DNA of 64,000 nt from Octopus sinensis (taxonomy: Eukaryota): positions 100,502,001-100,566,000 of the forward strand of contig NC_043005.1 of NCBI RefSeq assembly GCF_006345805.1, read 5' to 3'. Below, one piece after another: positions 37,105 to 49,521 of the stretch. Within the stretch, counting starts at the first letter, position 1. The number at the start of each line of letters is the position of its first letter. The notes under the pieces were generated by a model. It saw nothing but the letters and a program-made list of their open reading frames with translations. It was not told the DNA's origin and made no database searches. Both the position numbers and the translations under genes were made by a program.

Positions 37105-38191
37105 TCAGATTTCAGGTTTATCATCTTTTTGAATTCTTCCGCCATGGGCTGTAAGATTAGATTTTGTTTCTCTTGTTCCAATTTAGAAAGAATTGCCCAA
37201 ATTTCTATACCTTCACTTGCTGTAAGGCCTTGTATGAAAAGAAGACACCTGAACATCTCAGGTGCAAGTTCTTTGAGTTTAAAACTTTCGCACAGCCTGT
37301 TGACCGTTTCTGCGTATATGATAAATTCATCATACTCATTTTTCGTTGTAGTCCAACATTCCATTCCAGTGTTAAATAGAGAAGTTTTATCACTGAATAT
37401 GTTACACAGTAATTCTATTGTTTCTTTAAAACAAACTGCATTGGGTTTTTGTGGCGATATGAAATTACAGTAATGTTCAAGCTCTAACGGAGCTAATTTT
37501 TTGCAATAACAATCTCACTTTTTGTTCATCTGACCATGAGTTGCAATCTCGCTTAAAACTCTCCTTGTACCATCTGTAGTACAATGCAAAAGTTATACCC
37601 TCCTCTGGGTTATAACTGAATTCATTAATCAAGTTCGAAATGCAATCTGGCAGAAACACACTTACCTCATTTTAGACTTCTTTGAATATATCTCCAGTAA
37701 TTGTTGTTGTAGTTGTTGCTGTGATAGTTGCTTCTGCAGCTCCTGTTGCTGTTTGTTTGTTTGTTGAGTGAAGCGGTCTTCGTCTGTAGTGGGAGAAGTG
37801 CGAAACATGGTCCTTTGCCATTCGTAAGACCCGCAGAAGAAGAGAAAGCAGGTCAACCCCTGACACCGAGAGCATCGACGGATGGATGAATGCACATCCA
37901 GGCACAGCGGTTGCGTAGGAAGTCGGGGACAAGAAACAGGAAGAAAGAGAGAGAGAAAGTTGGAGCGAAAGAGTACAACAGGGGTCGCCACCCCACCCTG
38001 CCGGAGCCTCGTGGAGCTTTTAGGTGTTTTCGCTCAATAAACACACACAACACCCAGTCTGGGAATCGAAACCCGTGATCCTCCAACCGCGAGTCTGCTG
38101 CCCTAACCATTGGGCCATTGCACCTCCACTCCTGTTGCTGTTCTTGTTGTTGTTTTTGCAACTGTACTATGAAAGATAATAGGTCTTCCAT
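37105..38191 (-). pseudogene. Ty3/gypsy gag remnant (K02A2.6-like family), frameshifted and interrupted by a SINE
   Basis: MEDLLSFIVQLQKQQQ...; SNLINEFSYNPEEGITFALYYRWYKESF...WSDEQKVRLLLQK; TKNEYDEFIIYAETVNRLCESFKL...MFRCLLFIQGL...KMINLKSD. These match the recalled gag pattern EF.Y.PE.G.TF..W...Y...KVRLLL.K. Confidence 0.85.
37754..38128 (-). mobile_element. SINE family F (tRNA-like head) inserted in the gag poly-Q region
   Basis: A box tggcccaatgg, B box gtttcgattcc; perfect 14-bp TSD ctcctgttgctgtt at 37740-37753 and 38129-38142. Confidence 0.92.
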
Positions 38192-38249
38192 TTATTTAAC
38201 AAGTTGCATCACGAACAAATTGTTAAATAACCTATGTGAGCTTCAAAAG

Positions 38250-38260
38250 CCTCATCGCCA
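38250..38260 (-). promoter_or_regulatory. Retrotransposon primer-binding site
   Basis: Minus strand TGGCGATGAGG, 2 nt downstream of the LTR end ...ACAACA. Confidence 0.8.
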
Positions 38261-38262
38261 GA

Positions 38263-38530
38263 TGTTGTAACGTAATTTGTTACGTGCAATAAATAAGATA
38301 ACCAGATAACAGTAAAAGCAATGTAAGAAACTAATAAATCTCTCTACGAACCAACAATCAATATTGCTTGTGAACTAACCAACTGACACCTTCTGACTTC
38401 ACTGCAAACTAACACGAACTTCACTCAGCCCCAAACTCTGAACTCTTGAAAACACCCAGATCCTTACTATTTATACTTTACAAGGACCTGTCTATCTCTC
38501 ACAAGGGCTGTTGTAACTCTCACCACAACA
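38263..38530 (-). mobile_element. Gypsy 5' LTR, 268 bp
   Basis: TGTTGT...ACAACA termini, TATAAAA on the minus strand at 38470-38476, adjacent PBS, gag start about 60 nt beyond the PBS; no second LTR seen. Confidence 0.8.
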
Positions 38531-38561
38531 TTAGCGCACATGAATGAAAACATATACTCTA

Positions 38562-38733
38562 AGTGCAGGAATGGCTGTGTGGTAAGTAGCTTGCTTACCG
38601 ACTGCATCGTTCCGGGTTCAGTCCCACTACGTGGCACCTTGGGCAAGTGTCTTTTACTATAGCCTCGGGCCTACCAAAGCCTTGTGAATGGAGTTGGTAG
38701 ACAGAAACTGAAAGAAGCTCATTGTATATATAA

Positions 38734-38777
<44 letters not shown>

Positions 38778-38985
38778 ATGTTTGTGTGTATGTGTTTGTC
38801 CCCTCAACATCGCTTGACAAATGATGCTGGTGTGTTTACATCCCCATCACCTAGCGGTTCGGCAAGAGAGATCGATAGAATAAGCACTAGGTATACAAAG
38901 AATAAGTCCTGAGGTTGATTTGCTCGACTAAAGGTGGTGCTCCAGCATGGCCGCAGTCAAATGACTGAACCAAATAAAAGAATAA
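38562..38985 (+). mobile_element. SINE family B
   Basis: Full-length match with (TG)n/(TATG)n inside. Confidence 0.88.
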
Positions 38986-39028
38986 AAATGAATAACAAGG
39001 ACCATAATTGTCCACAAAATGTCAATCG

Positions 39029-39165
39029 AGAATGCTTAATACTGACGCATCAGTTTCAGCAATTTCTCTCACCTCATCAGTTAAGCCAGCTTCTTTTCAG
39101 CTCTTTCCAGCCTTGCTTCACCATTAGTAAATTGCCGAAACTGATGTGTCAGTATTAAGCATTCT
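39029..39165. repeat. Hairpin/MITE-like element with 37-bp inverted repeats
   Basis: agaatgcttaatactgacgcatcagtttcagcaattt pairs with 39129-39165, 2 mismatches. Confidence 0.75.
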
Positions 39166-39365
39166 TGACTGGCACTTTTCGAAGGATTTTGGTCCCTGTT
39201 AGTGTATACGTTTTCATTCATGTGCATTAGCTACAGCATTAGAGGATCTTAGCTCTTATTTCTAGCAATGTAGGTGTTGTCTAGCATTTAGTGACATTTG
39301 TGTGTGTGTATATATATATATAAATATATATATATACAAATATATATATATGTATATATTTATAT

Positions 39366-39775
39366 ATCAGGCGTGGCTGTGTGGTAAGAAGCTTACTTCT
39401 TAACCACATGGTTCTGGGTTCAGTCCCACTGTGTGGCACCCTGGGCAAGTGTCTTCTATTATAGCCTCAAGCTGACCAAAGCCTTGTGAGGAGATTTGGT
39501 AGATGGAAACTGAAAGAAGCCTGTTGTATACATATATATTTATGTGTGTATGTGTGTGTCTGTATTTGTCCACCCCTCTCCCCACCATTGCTTGACAACT
39601 GATGTTGGTGTGTTTACGTTCCTGAAACTTAGTGGTTTGGCAAAAGAGACCGATAGAATAATTACTAGGCTTACAAAGAATAGGTCCGGGGATTGATTTC
39701 TTTGACTAAAGGTGGTGCTCTAGCATGGCCACAGTCAAATGACTGAAACAAGTAAAAAAAATAACAGAATAAAAG
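39366..39775 (+). mobile_element. SINE family B
   Basis: Full-length match. Confidence 0.85.
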
Positions 39776-39957
39776 AATATACACACACACACACACACAA
39801 GTGGGATTTTTTTGCTTCTGACTCCTAAATCCATTCATAAGGATTTAAGTTAACTTAGGGGCAATGTATGAAGACACTTCACAAAAAGTGCCATGTTGTG
39901 GCAGAGAACCTGAAACTATTTGGTTGGAAAGCAAACTTCTTAACCATACAGCCAGTC

Positions 39958-39992
<35 letters not shown>

Positions 39993-40369
39993 GAGGAGGA
40001 GGAGGAGGAGGAGAAAGAGTGGTAGGAATAGAAGCATTTATTATGCAAGCTTATTATTTCTCTGAGTTTTAACTCTAATGTTATATGCAGTATTTATCAC
40101 GCTAAAACTGAATACCTGGGTATCAGTAATACACTGGTGTACAGTCAAGTAAGTATATCAATTTCCATCTGGCTTTTAGCTATGGAAAACTAAATTGCTT
40201 TCCATAACAAAATTGTTTCCCCTCTACCCCCCCTCTCTCGCTCGTGTGCAACATTATTAAGTTGAACTTACGACAAATGTATTGAGAATATGAAATATGG
40301 AAATGTCAACTGAAAGACTTTCAACCAAGGTTTCCATATTCACATAATTGGTTGGAGTTCAATATTTTC

Positions 40370-40527
40370 ATGTGTGTGTGTGGGTGTGTGTGTTTGTATA
40401 TGTGTTGTGTGTGTGTATGTATGTATGTATGTATGTATGTATGTATACATATATATATATGTATGTATACATATATATATAAATACATGTGGGTTTATAT
40501 GTATATACTATACACACACACACATAT

Positions 40528-40600
<73 letters not shown>
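40370..40600. repeat. Compound TG/TATG/TA/CA/GA microsatellite
   Basis: Directly visible. Confidence 0.9.
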
Positions 40601-41641
40601 TAAATAGATAGAGATATACAAATACATACACATGCAGATACACATATAAATTAATATTATCAAGTATTATGACCCAACTACCCGTAAACCAGTACCCAGC
40701 ACCCGCCACCCACCATCACCATCACCCCCACCCCCATCCAGCAATACAACAATTTACTATGTAAACTTAATTCCAGGATATTTTCAGTGTTGCAAGTGTG
40801 TGTTCCATTCCATAAAACTCCATCAAGTGAATCAATAAAGTATTTTCAGTAAAACTGCTTTTGCACAGCATCAAGTAAATTGAAATTATCAAATAGTAAT
40901 GCAACACTAAGCAAGCTCCAATATTTTGGCTCGGAATATCTGTTTTGGCACATAGTCTTTATGCTAAGAGATGATTTGCCAGAAATACACAGCCTTAATA
41001 CATTTTACTAAATGAATACTGTTTGCTAAACATATTAGAAAATTTGTACTATAAATTTTAAAAGGCAGGAAATTTAATAAATTTCAGAATTAAGTAGTTT
41101 GGATTTTGAAATCATTACTCTAAATTAGTTGAATTGTATTCTGGTGAGCAGAAGGCATGTGATTGGAAATGTTAAGCCAGAGAATTACTCAAAAATCTTC
41201 TCAACATTGAAAATATGCTTCAGATAACATTTTGCTCTCCAGCAATATTTCTTTTTAATTAAATATTTCCCTTCGCAAACATTAAACAAGAAAATAAAGA
41301 ACTGGAAGGAAATGAGAAAGGAGAAAAACAAAAGCAAAGAAGAAAGAAGTCAGCCTAAAAGCAAATTCTAAATCCAAACAGTAGAAATATTGTATTTCCA
41401 TTCCGAATGTGGTTCTTTGTTTTGTTATTCTTGTTGTTGATTCTGTCTTTTCCACACTTCTGCTCTCCAATTTGTGACAACTGGCCAAACAATATTTCTG
41501 CTGAAATATTTCTCCATCAATGAAGGAAGCAATATGAAAATGCTAAAGATGTTTAACGGTGGTTTACTGGGACATCATAAGATGGTCCCTTCTCCCAGAG
41601 ACATTCAATTACATATGTTGGTCATAATATATCACTTTATT

Positions 41642-41716
41642 CATGTATATATATTACATGTATATATATTACATGTATATATATTACATGTATATATATT
41701 ACATGTATATATATTA
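41642..41716. repeat. 15-bp minisatellite catgtatatatatta x5
   Basis: Five perfect units. Confidence 0.95.
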
Positions 41717-41859
41717 CTATCAAATGCAAAGTGGTTGGTATGAGACGGAATGGAACGGACAAGTGAATCGTGGTCTTGTAACTCATCTAGAAAAACAAGA
41801 TCTTTGAATAAGAACCATCATATACTGTAACTAGCTGTCCAACCCATATCATCATCAAG

Positions 41860-41962
41860 ATCTTCTTCCTCCTCCTCCTCCTCCTTCTCTTCCTCTCCTT
41901 CCTCCTCCTTCTCCTCTTCTTCTTCTTCTTCTTCCTTCTCTTCCTCTCCTTTCTCCTCCGCC

Positions 41963-41998
<36 letters not shown>

Positions 41999-42836
41999 TC
42001 TTCCTCCTCTTCTTCCTCCTTCTCTTCTTCTTCCTCCTCCTCCTCCTCCTCCTATTCTTCTTCTTCTTCCTCCTCCTCCTCCTCCTTCTTCTCTTTTTCT
42101 TCTTCCTCTCCTTCTTTCTCTCTCCTCTTCTTATTCTTCCTCCTCCTCCTCTTCTTCTTTTTTCTCCTCCTCCTCTTCTTCTTTTCTCCTCCTCTTCCTC
42201 CTCTTCTTCTTCTTCTTCCTTTTCTTCCTCTCCTTTCTTCCTCCTCCTCCTCCTCTTCTTCTTCTTCTTCCTCCCCTTTTCTTCTTCTTCTTCCTTATCC
42301 TATTCTCTTCCTCCTTCTCCTCCTATTCTTCTTCCTCTTCGTCCTCCTCCTCCTCCTCCCCTTTTCTTCTTCTTCTTCTTCTTCCTCTCCTTTCTCTCTC
42401 CTCTTCTTCTTATTCTTCCTCCTCCTCCTCCTTTTCTTCTTCTTCTTCCTCTCCTTCTTTCTCTCTCCTCTTCTTCTTATTCCTCCTCCTCCTCTTCTTC
42501 TTCTTCCTTCTCTTCCTCTCCTTTCTTCCTCCTCTTCTTCTTTCTCCTCCTCCTCCTCCTCTTCTTCTTCTTCTTCCTTCCTCCTTCTCTTCTTCTTCCT
42601 CCTCCTATTCTTCTTCCTCCTTCTCCTCCTATTCTTCTTCCTCTTCGTCCTCCTCCTCCTCCTCCCCTTTTCTTCTTCTTCTTCTTCTTCCTCTCCTTCT
42701 TTCTCTCTCCTCTTCTTCTTATTCTTCCTCCTCCTCCTTCTCTTCTTCTTCTTCTTCTTTTTTCTCCTCCTCCTTCTCTTCTTCTTTTCTCCTCCTCTTC
42801 CTCATCTTTTTCTCCTCCTCCTCCTTCTTCTTCATT
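41860..42836. repeat. About 1-kb polypyrimidine/polypurine (CTT/CCT) tract
   Basis: Almost exclusively C/T on plus; internal block duplicated at about 42310-42415 and 42615-42725. Confidence 0.95.
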
Positions 42837-42837
42837 C

Positions 42838-43410
42838 CCTTCCTGGCAACTGGACAGGACATGGAAGGCTGTCCTCTCCACCAAGACATTGCTGTTGGAG
42901 CTGCTGGATGATGGACTCTGGTGGTGATGGTATTCCACGCTTTCCAATTTATGGCATCGGTCTTAGCATGCCCATGGTTGAGAAGCTGCAAAAGCAGGTC
43001 TTCCCCAATTTGTTTCACCTGTGATTCTTTGGTGTGCTGCATTGGTCTCTTCAGTGCATTAGTCACTGCTTCTACCAAAGTTCTGTCGCTCATCCTGCCG
43101 ACGTGGCCAAGCACTGTAGCCTGTGCTGCCAGACTTGGTCTTCAATGGTCAGCTGCTTCTGGTATTGTTTTCGGATGTCGTTGTTTGAAATATGGTCACT
43201 TAGAGAGAAACAAGCTTGTTCAGGTCTTGTTCAGGTCTTGTTTCAGGATGGTCCAGGTCTCGGTGTTGTAGAGGAGGACAAGCAGAACCAATGAGTGGAA
43301 AAGATGGATCTTGGTCCTTAGGAAGATATTAGGCTTCTTCCAGACACACCATTGAAAGGATGCGAATGCAGAAGTAGCAGATCCAATTCCCTTCCATTAT
43401 TTGCTGCAAC
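42838..43410 (-). mobile_element. RTE-clade LINE 3' fragment
   Basis: RTKIHLFHSLVLLVLLYNTETWTILKQDLNK...LGHVGRMSDRTL...KQIGEDL...AINWKAW; its 3' end runs into the (GAA/GAG) tract. Confidence 0.8.
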
Positions 43411-43699
43411 CAACAATTTGAAAAGAGGATGCAAAATGATAATGATGATGATGATGATGATGAAATAACTAAATGATCAAATAAGATAAACCGTAAGAAT
43501 AAATAAGAGTGTTAGATAATAAGAGCATGCTAAATCTGCACAGTGCACGTGTGTCTAGGATAAGTATTAGGGTCCCACTGGTGCCCCAACATAGCTACCA
43601 TCCAATGAGTAAGACTAGCAAAATAGCATGTATGCATATATATGTGTGTGTGTGTGTGTATATATATATAAATATATATAGTAAATCCAAAGAAAAAAG

Positions 43700-43830
43700 A
43701 ACAAACACAAAAAAACAACAACGCAAGGATCAGCAGATGCTCTGGGCAGGAAAGAAAGATGGTTTAACAGTTTGAGCAGACACTCTTCTTCAGAAACAGA
43801 GGAAAGTCCAATAGAAGGGAAGATGAAGGA
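43700..43830 (-). mobile_element. Diverged Penelope-like terminal repeat with hammerhead-like motif
   Basis: Minus strand CTGAAGA-agag-tgtctg-ctc-AAAC at 43770-43793. Confidence 0.45.
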
Positions 43831-44004
43831 AGAAAATTGCCAATGTATCATACCCCCCCCCCCCACCACCACACACACACACAAATGGCAGTAGCCCAAC
43901 ATGACCATAGTCTTTGGGGCAGAACATGTACAGAAATAAATATATATATATATATTTATATATACATATATAAGTATATATATATATTTATACATATACA
44001 TATA

Positions 44005-44037
<33 letters not shown>

Positions 44038-44069
44038 ATGTGTGTGTGTGGGTGTGCATATACATAAAT

Positions 44070-44474
44070 ATATTGTTGTATTTTAGGATGGTAATTTTTT
44101 TTTATTTTTGCCAAATAAATACCTGCACTATATATCTTCATTCTTCACTCATTTATAACCGTTCATATTCCAACTTATGTCCATTGTCTGGAAATCTTTT
44201 GTCACACATCTGTGACCTCCTCAGTGACTCTTCCCATCATTATGTGTGCTCTTGCTCTGCATATTCTATACTCTCAGAACGGAATATGCAGAGCAAGAGT
44301 ACAAACAAAGATGAAAAGTGTTGCTGAGGAAGTCAAAGATGTGTGACAAAAGATTTCCAGACAATGGACATAAGTTGGAATATGAACGGTTATAAATGAG
44401 TGAAGAATGAAGATATATAGTGCAGGTATTTATTTGGATAAAATGAAAAATGTTGTCCCGAAACACAACAATAT
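44070..44474. repeat. Long palindrome, about 195-bp arms and 15-bp spacer
   Basis: 44070-44266 pairs with 44282-44474; core ccaaataaatacctgcact...cttttgtcacacatct is near-perfect. Confidence 0.92.
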
Positions 44475-44637
44475 CTGTTTCAACACACAACTTCACATCA
44501 GGAATCTTGCAACATAAATTCATAAATGTGTGTGTGTATATATATCTCAATGTGTTGTATATATATATATATATATTATATATATATATATACGTTTAAA
44601 TATTGGCTAAATTGGCAATATGACCATTCCGAAATAT

Positions 44638-44677
<40 letters not shown>

Positions 44678-44780
44678 ATGTGTTGTATATATATACATTT
44701 ATATATATATATAATATATATATATATATAGGTGAGACGTACGTACGTATATACATACACACATACATACATACATACAT

Positions 44781-44815
<35 letters not shown>

Positions 44816-45157
44816 TACATACATACATACATACATACATACACACATACACACATACATACATACATACATACATAGGTATCCATATGTATAAATGTTT
44901 GTTTTTATATATAGCTATCTATAACAATCAAACAAGCAATCACACATTAAACTGAAGAATCACTAAAAACAATGAAAATGTTGACTGTGACTTTGAAGTT
45001 TTTACTATGTAGCTTTCATCTGACAGTCCAACGAAGGTTACATAGCCAAAACATCAAAATATCTGTCATCTTTTTCTTTGTGCATATATGTGTATGTGTA
45101 CACATGCACACACACACACACACATACAAACACACACACAGAATAGCACTGTGTTAC

Positions 45158-45221
<64 letters not shown>

Positions 45222-45276
45222 ATCTATATCTATATATATATATATTATATATATATATATATGTGTGAGTGTGTGT

Positions 45277-45530
45277 GGAGGCACGTGGCTTAGTGGGTAG
45301 AGTGTCAGCATCATGATCGTAAGATTGTGGTTTCAGTTCCTGGACTGGGCGACACGTTGTTTTCTTGAGTAAAACACTTCATTTCATGTTACTCCAGTCC
45401 ACTCAGCTGGCACAAATGAGTAACGCTGCGATGGACTGGCTTCCTGTCCAGCTGCGGAACACATACACCACAGAAACCGGAAAACCGGGCCCATGACCCT
45501 GGCTAGGCTTTAAAAGGGCACATTTATTTT
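45277..45530 (+). mobile_element. Family-C-headed SINE with a V-domain-like 3' module
   Basis: tggcttagtgg head, ttcttgagtaaaacactt...cactcagct box, then ctgcgatggactggcttcctgtccag...gaaaccggaaaaccgggccc. Confidence 0.75.
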
Positions 45531-47227
45531 TATTTTATATATATAATGATGACTTTTACATGACTATTTCTGATAGCATGATGAGAAATTATTAGATAAT
45601 TCTCAGTGGGTCTGATAGAACTGGTATAGTAAAAGACACTTATAATCTGCCAAAGGACGATCAAAGACAAGGTACTTTTAGTTTATAGTGCAATCACTCT
45701 GAGTTCTATCTTGTTCATTCTTACATGTTATGAGTAATATAGATAATAGAATATATTAATATACTGTGCTAACAAGGCTTCATATCGTAGGCTGTGTAAC
45801 TTGTGATGGAACCATGGACATTCTAATGTGGGAGACAGTTATTGTAAAATATTATTTCTGTGAGTTCAATTGTTAGAGAAGCGAGTTGCCATACGAAATT
45901 ACTGTGGAGAACAAAATTAGGAAGACACTGTCTGCTGAGTAAACAACAACATGAAAACTTCAAGTAATTTAAACATCAAATGAAATAAATTATGTCTGCT
46001 TTACATCAATTGCTATGCTGGTGAGGTTAGTTTAAATTAAAGTAATTAATGTATATGTTTAAAACTGGATTACTGTAACTATGTACAACATGCAACTATC
46101 ACAATACAAGCAAAAACACAGCACACACAAATAAAAATAGACAATATCCTTTGTCGAACAAGTTATTCTGTAGTATAATTACACAATCTTTACATATGAA
46201 GCTTGCGTAACTGATCAACACTTAATAATCGATAGATTTTGTTTCCAAAAGGGGGGATTCTTTTGTTGTTGTAATGTTTGTTTTCATTCTCCTTTCATTT
46301 ATGTTTCTTTTTCTTTTTTTTTCCTTTTTTTTTTCTCTTTCTTTTTCTATCTGATTTAGCAAATTGGTTGTGTCTAGACACCAACAGAAACCACTCTGTG
46401 ATTCTGCTGAAACTGGGTTATTCAACAGCTGAAAGTTAGAATCTCTGAAATGACAATCAATACCGAATATGTTCAATATTTCTTCATCAAACAACTTTCT
46501 AAATATTGACACTTTACAATACCATTATTTATTCAGAGACCAAGATTCCAGAATAATCTAATATTTTTCTTTAATGTTCAAGAAACTATCTCTACTAGCG
46601 TCACCTATTTCTTCAATTCACAAATTTACTACTTTTTTTTTCCTTTTACAATGTTCTTATTCATGAGTGCTGTGGCACAAAAGATAGATTACTAATAAGC
46701 TGTGTCTTTGATTCCTACTTGTAGCTATTCATTTAGCCTTAAATACATTAAGACCACAACTTTCATTTTCTTATTTCCTCCAAGTCAATAGATTCAATAA
46801 ATTACTAATGTAAATCTCTATCCAATTAATTTATTACCTTACTAAGTTTCATAGATGCACACTTATCATTTCTTGTAACGTCTCTCTATGAAGACAAACC
46901 ATGTAGCATTTCGTACATACCAATCATATATTTATGGTTTTCAGGTTAACGAGCTGGAATACTGATGGCTGTTAAATCAGTTCAATCCCAACCACATTGA
47001 TGGTGTTTGGTCCCTGGGCAAGATACTTTATTGCGATTATCTTATTTGACCTAAGTGATGATAAATTTGACTTTACAAATGGGGGTCATTCTAGTTAAAC
47101 CTTTTGAGACACACTGTTTTTTAGTAAGTGTAGCCAAAAAGGCCAAAATGTTTATTTTTTGTTGAGATTGCAAATGATTGGTGCATGTAAAAAATAAAAG
47201 ATAAAGTGCCTAAAACTACTTTATTAG

Positions 47228-47447
47228 TATGTAAAACTATATATCGTCATCTTCATTGTTTAACATCCACTTTCCATGCTAGCATGGGTTGGACAATTTG
47301 ACTGAGGTCTGGCGAACCAGATGGCTGCACCAGACTCCAATCTGATCTGGTAGAGTTCCTACAGCTGGATGCCCTTCCTAATGCCAACCACTCTGAGAGT
47401 GTAGTGGGTGCTTTTATGTGCCACCGGCATGAGGGCCAGTCAAGCGG
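47228..47447 (-). mobile_element. Family D retroposon 3' part
   Basis: Reverse complement of the D 3' module; short tcgtcatc tail. Confidence 0.85.
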
Positions 47448-48763
47448 TATTGTTTTATATTATATTTACTGAAAGACGATCTCTGGTTATCACACTTCCA
47501 AACGTTTGTTTCAGCAGGTCAGTGAATCGACCCCAAAGTCCTTTTAGCTTGTATAACTTGGGCTGATCAATTTACCCCGGTGTCCCATTAAGGATAACAA
47601 ATAGGAAGAACAAAAAGTATTTCAATGTTGCCATATTAAAAAAAAAAACAATTGATATGAAATTTAAAAAAATAGCAGTTAAAATATGTGAAGAGCTTTT
47701 GTGATATTCTAAATGAGGCAATATGAAAGACATAGGGTAGGGAAGATGTTTATGGAATATTTTACATGAATTTATTCAGAAATATTTCTTTAAAGACATA
47801 AAAATGATGTGTAGTGAATTCATTAGTATAACTTGTAATATTCTTATGCATTTTTATTTCATTTTATTGTATTTATCAGGATAACTTACCGAGATACCAT
47901 CAACACAAGGGTGATAGATTTAGTGATAATCACCTGATAATCATTGATGTATTTTATTTCAACAATTGAAGTATGATCGTCATCAGAGAGAAGATGTTGT
48001 CTTCATTTCAATACAAAAACTAGTTAGATTTATCTGTAAATATGACTGTCTTCACAGACATTTCATTAGTTAACCTTAGCAACATTATATCTTCATTAAG
48101 ATAATACTATGTCTTCCATGATTTTTGATTTACCACAAGCTCATTAACCCTTCCTCACCAGTCCTGATTACGAACTGATTAAGCTGACTTTTCACTCAAA
48201 GTTAGACACTTCATTCTTATCAAATATTAATCTTGTCTGCTTCACGCACATAACTGTTTAACAGCAATTTCCCCATACTACAATGGATAGGAATGCTGTT
48301 TGCAAATTGGATATTTGTTTTCTATTAAAGCCAGTGTTTTCATAACTGCTAACACACACTAGCATTGAATAAGAATAAAATCTGTAACAGTGAAAATATG
48401 AATCAAGCAAGGATTATGTATCTTCTGAGAGACAGAATAATTTATTCACTTCAAACATGTGAAACACATTGCTCTAGATATAGTCTTCCTCTAATCACAA
48501 ATATCCAGAAGATTGGTGATTTTCAGAGATTTCTATGGTATGAAGCAGATGACAGCTCTTCCTGAGTAGGATGCAGGTTTATTGTAGCCACATTCTTCTG
48601 ATGTAAACCAATAGAGGGAGCCATCAGTCTGAGTTTGAGAAAGCATAATCAGAACACAAACAGTAGAGACTGAGAGTTAGATACGTAGGACATAGAGATG
48701 AACGAATTGCTGTGAACAAGGGTAGATTATATGTTACTTATGTACGAAGTGCAATGCTGCATG

Positions 48764-49040
48764 TAGGGCCAGATTAAGGCCCATAGAGGCCCTAAGTATT
48801 TAAAAGGTTTTGGTGCCCTCAAATATGCATAAATGGTTCAAAATGTAAACAGTAAACCATAAAATAAATTTTTATTTTTCAAAATGAAACAAATTAAAAT
48901 TAAGGTGGAAAACAATGTTTATTTTTGTATACTTCCACTTTATATTTGAAAAGCATTTTTTTTATTGCAAAGTGTTCGATGATATCATTAAAATTAATTT
49001 TACGTAAAACTTCTGCTTCTATACTTAGAAGAGATTAGGT
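48764..49040. mobile_element. Possible hAT-like MITE, one end only
   Basis: Starts tagggccagattaaggccc, similar to cagggccggatt-type termini; no matching second TIR found. Confidence 0.3.
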
Positions 49041-49164
49041 ATTACGAACATTATTTTGGTGAGTTTAACGTGATTTCTTTCATGCCGTAAACCATTTTCA
49101 TTTCTGCGGTGCCCTCTACTTCCCTTAATGCCATAAACATGTGCTTATTTTGCTTCATGATTAA

Positions 49165-49480
49165 TCCAGCACTGTCTGTATGGTAGTGAGACATGGACAC
49201 TAAATGTAGAAGAGTGCAAAGGTTGGTGAAAAACAGAGCAAGCATACTCTGCTGGATGTATGTTAGTAAGCACAAACAGTATAGTATATGTGATCTGAGA
49301 GATAAACTGGATTTAAAGAGAATTGCCTGTGGTGTGGCAGAATGCTGATACAGAGATGTGATACACATGGAAGATAACAGATAGTTAAAGAAAGGCTGAG
49401 ATAACCAAGTGGAAGAAAACTGTGAGAAATCAAGACCAAGAAGAAATGCAAGTGGATGGGATAAAAGCTGATCCAAGGAT
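49165..49480 (+). mobile_element. Decayed RTE-clade LINE fragment
   Basis: tatggtagtgagacatggacactaaatgtagaagag = YGSETWTLNVEE, followed by frameshifted RTE-like C-terminal motifs. Confidence 0.6.
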
Positions 49481-49521
49481 ATACAGAATACATAATAATA
49501 ATGAAATTATTGTATACTGTG

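Noticed and set aside
42477-42947. 156-aa E/K/R/G-rich ORF
   Set aside because: Translation of the purine tract downstream of an RTE 3' end.
46360-46434. Candidate exon after a long pyrimidine tract, and the overlapping minus-strand 96-aa ORF
   Set aside because: Weak donor and unrecognised peptide; the T-tract could be simple low complexity.
46930-47050. Additional very old SINE
   Set aside because: Only a ccctgggcaagatacttt box and a weak B box remain; too decayed to delimit.
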